In this document: positions 59,365-64,000 of the stretch, piece by piece | How the letters are laid out: each line of letters starts with the position of its first letter | Numbering within the stretch: position 1 is the stretch's first letter | DNA from: Microcoleus sp. | GTDB lineage: Bacteria; Cyanobacteriota; Cyanobacteriia; Cyanobacteriales; Microcoleaceae | DNA length: 64,000 nucleotides | Reading direction: 5' to 3' | Assembly (NCBI GenBank): GCA_042408215.1 | Contig: JAYFMW010000006.1 | Coordinates: 640,001-704,000 of the forward strand | Notes under the pieces: generated by a model | Databases searched by the model: none | What the model was told of the DNA's origin: nothing | What the model saw: the letters and a program-made list of their open reading frames with translations, nothing else | Made by a program: the position numbers and the translations under genes

Positions 59365-59778
59365 CAATCATTAACAAACAATCTCAAAAACCCACTTCTA
59401 GATCCAAGAATTAACAACATCCCGTAGGGGCGGGTTTCACCGACAATTTCCGCCTCAAACAGACAATCTCGAAAACCCGCCCCCACCCAACAAAAAATCT
59501 AAATGCGGGTAATGTTAATGTCGATTGTCGGTGAGTGAGTTCGGGGTGGGTTTATGAGATTGTTTATTTCAGTCGTTGATAGTTGATCAAACCCGCCCCT
59601 TGTATTTTAAAAGATGTAGATTGCGATTGATGGTGGCGCGGGGGCGGGTTTACCAGATTGAAGGTTTTAGGCAATTATTTTCGGTGAACCAGCCCCTACC
59701 GGATTCATGAAAAATTCACCAAACATGATCTAACAAATAACCCATAACCAATAACCAATAACCAATAACCAATCACCA

Positions 59779-60740
59779 ATGAGTAACATCAAATTTCTGC
59801 AACCAGGAGATTTACTGATGGCAATTTCCCCTAGCGGCACTTTGCGAGAATTAACTAACTTTGAACAAGGTGTAGAAATTTGGAAATCTCGCGGCTATCG
59901 AGTTGAATTAAGTCCCGGTTTTGACAGCCGCTGGGGCTATTTGGCCGGTGACGACGCAAACCGCCTCCGACAGCTCGCAGATGCCCTCAATGACCCAAAT
60001 TGTCGCGGTATTCTATGTGCGCGAGGTGGTTTCGGCAGCACTAGACTTTTGGAAAAAGGAAAAGTGGCAGCAGCAAAAAATACCCAATCACCAATTCCCG
60101 ATGCCCCATGCCCGATGCCCCATGCCCCATGCCCAATTACCGATTCCCATTCCCCGAAATGGCTGATTGGCTTTTCTGATATTACTGCTTTGCTCTGGAA
60201 TTACCCTAAATTGGGCATTTGGGGCGTTCATGGGCCACTGCTGACTACTTTGGCTGCGGAACCGGATTGGTCTGTCGATCGTCTTTTTGACTATATAGAA
60301 GGTCGTCCTTTACAATCTTTGTCGGGTAAGGGATGGGGCGGTGGAAAGGCTACGGGGAGGCTGTTTCCGGCGAATCTGACGGTGGCTTCTCACTTGCTCG
60401 GAACCCCGTATCAACCGGATTTGACAGGGGTTATTCTCGCATTTGAGGATGTTTCCGAGGCTCCTTACAGGGTCGATCGAATGTTGACGACTTGGCGGAT
60501 GGCGGGGGCTTTGGCGGGGGTGCGGGGCATTGCTTTGGGGCGTTTCAGTCGCTGCGAGATTGACCCGAATATTCCCAGTTTTAGTATAGAAGAGGTTTTG
60601 CGCGATCGGCTCTTGGTGACTTAAATATTCCCATTGTCTCGGATTTACCCTTTGGGCACGATGGCGTTAACGCTGCTTTACCAGTGGGAATTATGGCTAG
60701 TCTGGATGCTGATTCGGGATTGCTAATTTGTGAAGAGTAA
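59779..60740 (+). pseudogene. LD-carboxypeptidase (S66), frameshifted near 60610
   Basis: ARGGFG, GFSDIT, AFEDV; the tail LGDLNIPIVSDLPFGHDG...EE* continues in another frame. Confidence 0.85.
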
Positions 60741-60943
60741 TTATAAAAATGTAGGGTGCGTCAGAGCATTCAAACCGATTGAAATCGAAATAATCAATGT
60801 CTGACGCACCTTACAAATCGGCTAAATAGTCCGGTTCGGTGAGGTTGACACTCGATCGCCGAAATTACATTTAAAATGGATTATATGTGGAAATGTCGCT
60901 GCAAACAGCCAAAAAATTTTAAAACTTTCCCCAAGAGGTTGAT

Positions 60944-61684
60944 ATGAAAGCACACAAGTTTTTAAACAGTATTACCGCCACTGTCCTAGTTGCAGGATTA
61001 GCACTCACAGGGATTTCATCCGGTGCTGTTGCTGAACAGATACAGAATAATACATTGACGGACGGAGTAATTCGCCGCACTTCCCCCATCTACCGTTTCC
61101 GAAATATGTGGACACCCGGAGCTCCCACAGAAGAATTGCGGGGTCAAGAATACACTTTTAGTGCAAAGGAAGGCGACGACATTCAAGTTTATTTAGACAC
61201 CAACAGAGGTGGCGGCTTTACTCCTGTGATGGTGCTGTTTTACGGGAATAACAAACAAGTAGCTTTTACGCAAGAGGCTTCTTTTAATTATCGGATTCCC
61301 CGTAGCGGCGATTATAAACTGTTAGTGTTAGCAAAAGATGCTGCTAGGGGCGGAAATTATACACTGGAAGTTTCGGGAATTGCGGGCGACAGACGGGATC
61401 GCAATTCGCGGGATAACAGGGGAAATAACAATCAGTTAGACGGAGAACGGATTTTGCGAAATGATTTTGGTTTGCGGCCTGTGGATTGTAGCCAGAGACG
61501 TTCTCTGGTGAGAGTCAGGTTTGATGATGGAGATACGACTTATTGTGCAATACCAACTCGCGATTATCCCCAGGGAGATTATTACTATAACCCGCGCACT
61601 AGGAATTTAGATTCGGCTCGGATTGATGATCGAGGTCGCGATCGGTGTCGGGTAATGGTGGGTGGAAAATGCGTGACTAGGTAA
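60944..61684 (+). CDS. Secreted protein with a PPC (pre-peptidase C-terminal)-like domain
   Basis: Signal peptide; EYTFSAKEGD...IPRSGDYKLLV...GNYTLEV. Confidence 0.7.
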   Translation: MKAHKFLNSITATVLVAGLALTGISSGAVAEQIQNNTLTDGVIRRTSPIYRFRNMWTPGAPTEELRGQEYTFSAKEGDDIQVYLDTNRGGGFTPVMVLFYGNNKQVAFTQEASFNYRIPRSGDYKLLVLAKDAARGGNYTLEVSGIAGDRRDRNSRDNRGNNNQLDGERILRNDFGLRPVDCSQRRSLVRVRFDDGDTTYCAIPTRDYPQGDYYYNPRTRNLDSARIDDRGRDRCRVMVGGKCVTR

Positions 61685-61810
61685 TGTGGAATGCAACAGG
61701 CTTTCCGGCCTGTTGCACAAGAAATTTTCTTAATTGTGGAACGGGCATATTGCCCGTTTATGACATTAATAAATTGGTATATTAATAATATTAATGATGT
61801 GGCAAAATGT

Positions 61811-62008
61811 ATGAGTGTTAAAGAACTTGAAGCAGCAATTATGAACTTGTCAGTTAAGGAACTATCCGAACTTACTGCTTGGCTGATAGAGTATCGCCAA
61901 CAAGTCTGGGATCGGCAAATTGAAGACGATTTGGAGGATGGGCGGTTAGATGCGCTACTTGATGAAGTTGATGCAGAGTATGAAGCGGGATTGGCTAAAG
62001 TGTTATGA
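61811..62008 (+). CDS. Probable type II antitoxin
   Basis: MSVKELEAAI...WDRQIEDDLEDGRLDALL; ATGA overlap with the toxin. Confidence 0.75.
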   Translation: MSVKELEAAIMNLSVKELSELTAWLIEYRQQVWDRQIEDDLEDGRLDALLDEVDAEYEAGLAKVL

Positions 62009-62274
62009 AGCATCTGACTTTACCGCGTTTTTGGAACTGCTATCACCAGCTACCTCAAGAAATACAAGCCTTAGCCGATAAAAATTACGAATTACTGAAA
62101 GTCGATCCGTATCACCCTTCGCTGCATTTTAAAAAAGTTGGCAGGCGAAAGCAATTGCAATCGGTGCGAGTAGGCGATAGTTACCGAGCTTTGGGAGTTG
62201 AGAAACCTGAAGGTATTGTCTGGTTTTGGATAGGGACTCATGGCGATTACGATGCAATATTAGCTCAGAAATAA
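62005..62274 (+). CDS. RelE/ParE-superfamily toxin
   Basis: DPYHPSLHFKKV, SVRVGDSYRALG, WFWIGTHGDYD. Confidence 0.85.
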   Translation: MKHLTLPRFWNCYHQLPQEIQALADKNYELLKVDPYHPSLHFKKVGRRKQLQSVRVGDSYRALGVEKPEGIVWFWIGTHGDYDAILAQK

Positions 62275-62301
62275 AGCCGCCGATCGAGTGTGACGATCGA
62301 C

Positions 62302-62337
62302 GTTTCCATTTAATTACTGTCCCCAGCGAGTGGGGAG
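62302..62337 (-). CRISPR. Solitary degenerate CRISPR repeat
   Basis: GTTTCCATTTAATTACTGTCCCCAGCGAGTGGGGAG matches the array repeat at 32/36. Confidence 0.85.
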
Positions 62338-62520
62338 GGGCATTTCAGCGATTTTACCGCCAGCCTCGCAACCAACCAAATCCCGATCGCCCAAAATCGA
62401 ACTCAGCCACTCCCCTCATCTCCCTGAGTGCCGACAGATGAATTTTTGATCGAAAAGGACGATCGCACAAGTGGTAAGCTACCAAAGGCATTAAAATACC
62501 TAAATCCGAGAAAAATTAAA

Positions 62521-63585
62521 ATGTCAGCATTAAATGAAGTTCCCTTGCTACTGCGGGCAGCCCGTGGCGAAACCCTAGAACGCCCGCCCGTGTGGATGAT
62601 GCGCCAAGCCGGCCGCTACATGAAGGCCTATCGAGATTTGCGAGAACAGTATCCATCCTTTCGCGAACGTTCCGAAATTCCCGAAGTTGCGATTCAAGTT
62701 TCCCTCCAGCCGTGGCACGCATTTCAACCCGACGGCGTAATTCTGTTCTCCGATATTGTGACACCTATGCCCGGTTTGGGCATCGACATGGATATTGCCG
62801 AAGGTAAAGGCCCGATTATCCACTCACCCATCCGCACTCAGCAGCAAATCGACGCATTGCAACCGCTGAATCCCGAAGAAAGCTTGCCTTTCATCAAAAC
62901 CATCCTGCAATCCCTCCGCCAGGAAGTCGGCAACAAATCCACCGTGCTCGGCTTTGTTGGCGCACCCTGGACGTTGGCCGCCTACGCCGTTGAGGGCAAA
63001 GGTTCCAAGGATTATGCGATTATCAAAAACATGGCATTTTCCGATCCAACTTTACTACATCAGTTGTTGTCGAAATTTGCAGATGCGATCGCCGTTTACG
63101 TGCGCTACCAAATCGACTGTGGCGCGCAAGTAGTGCAGATGTTCGACTCCTGGGCGGGACAACTTTGCCCCCAAGACTACGACACCTTCGCCCTACCTTA
63201 CCAGAAACAAGTATTCGAGCAAGTCAAAAAAACCCATCCTGACACACCGTTAATTCTGTTAGTCAGCGGTAGCGCCGGCGTGCTCGAACGCATGGGCAAA
63301 TCTGGCGCCGATATCGTCAGCGTCGATTGGACTGTTGACATGGCTGATGCGCGGCAACGTTTGGGCCCTAACATGAACGTTCAGGGAAATTTAGATCCTG
63401 GTGTCTTGTTTGGTTCTCAAGCGTTTATTCGCGATCGAATTCTGGATACTATTCGCAAAGCAGGCCCGCGCGGACACATCCTGAATTTGGGACACGGCGT
63501 ATTACCCAACACTCCCGAAGACAACGTGCGTTTCTTCTTTGAAACCGCCAAACAAGCCGACAAATTGCTTGCAGTTACAGCTTGA
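62521..63585 (+). CDS. hemE: Uroporphyrinogen decarboxylase
   Basis: [36 protein letters not shown]. Confidence 0.98.
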   Translation: MSALNEVPLLLRAARGETLERPPVWMMRQAGRYMKAYRDLREQYPSFRERSEIPEVAIQVSLQPWHAFQPDGVILFSDIVTPMPGLGIDMDIAEGKGPIIHSPIRTQQQIDALQPLNPEESLPFIKTILQSLRQEVGNKSTVLGFVGAPWTLAAYAVEGKGSKDYAIIKNMAFSDPTLLHQLLSKFADAIAVYVRYQIDCGAQVVQMFDSWAGQLCPQDYDTFALPYQKQVFEQVKKTHPDTPLILLVSGSAGVLERMGKSGADIVSVDWTVDMADARQRLGPNMNVQGNLDPGVLFGSQAFIRDRILDTIRKAGPRGHILNLGHGVLPNTPEDNVRFFFETAKQADKLLAVTA

Positions 63586-63814
63586 ATTTGACAGGAATTC
63601 AAACCCCAAAAACCGTAGGGGCGGGTTCAGCAACCACCTTAAAAAGTGTAAACAGGTGAAATAAACCCGCCCCCACCCCACCGAAAATCGCATTCTCAAA
63701 AACCCGTAGGGGCGGGTTCACTCTTGAGCCTTGAAAAGTGCAAACAGGTGAAATAAACCCGCCCCCACCCTACCGAAAATCCCTGTTAACTGCTGGTAAC
63801 GAGTAGAACCCGGA

Positions 63815-63938
63815 GATCCCCCCTAACCCCCCTTAAGAAGGGGGGAACAAGAACACTCAAACTCCCGCTTTTTAAGACGGGACAAGTATTCTCAAAGTCA
63901 ACCCCTACTCCCCTTCTTAAGGGGGATTTAGGGGGATC
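63815..63938. repeat. CCCCCTTAAGAAGGGGG hairpin cassette
   Basis: GATCCCCCCTAACCCCCCTT...GGGGGATTTAGGGGGATC. Confidence 0.85.
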
Positions 63939-64000
63939 AAAACTCAACTTTCACCTAAATTTATTGGCGACTAAAGCCTTAAATTCACACCAATAACTCT

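Overview
A 64-kb chromosomal window from a filamentous cyanobacterium, probably Microcoleus/Oscillatoriales-like (inferred from abundant HIP1 GCGATCGC, psaX, heptamer STRRs and REP/MITE families). Its centre is a Cas6-less type III-B variant (III-Bv-like) CRISPR locus: cas10(no HD)-cmr3-cmr4-cmr5-cmr1/6-CARF/HEPN effector-csx18-cas1-cas2, with a divergent WYL gene. Two arrays (about 62 and 28 repeats) share one 36-bp repeat and a duplicated leader. Flanking genes include a PP2C phosphatase/adenylate cyclase/kinase-like/STAS signalling operon, two tandem DUF4347-RTX surface proteins, a hybrid histidine kinase and housekeeping genes (purN, lipA, psaX, map, hemE). The most unusual observations are: (1) an unannotated, highly structured ~190-nt putative ncRNA with a near-consensus sigma70 promoter between WYL and the trailer of array 2, sharing an exact 19-nt sequence with the array trailer; (2) a cas2-tail plus leader duplication whose coding changes are all synonymous and which has gained an ATG; (3) a protein-less IS605/IS608-type element keeping omegaRNA-like sequence directly upstream of psaX; (4) a solitary CRISPR repeat beside a toxin-antitoxin pair. 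All calls come from reading the sequence by eye; no searches or folding programs were run, and repeat counts are manual.
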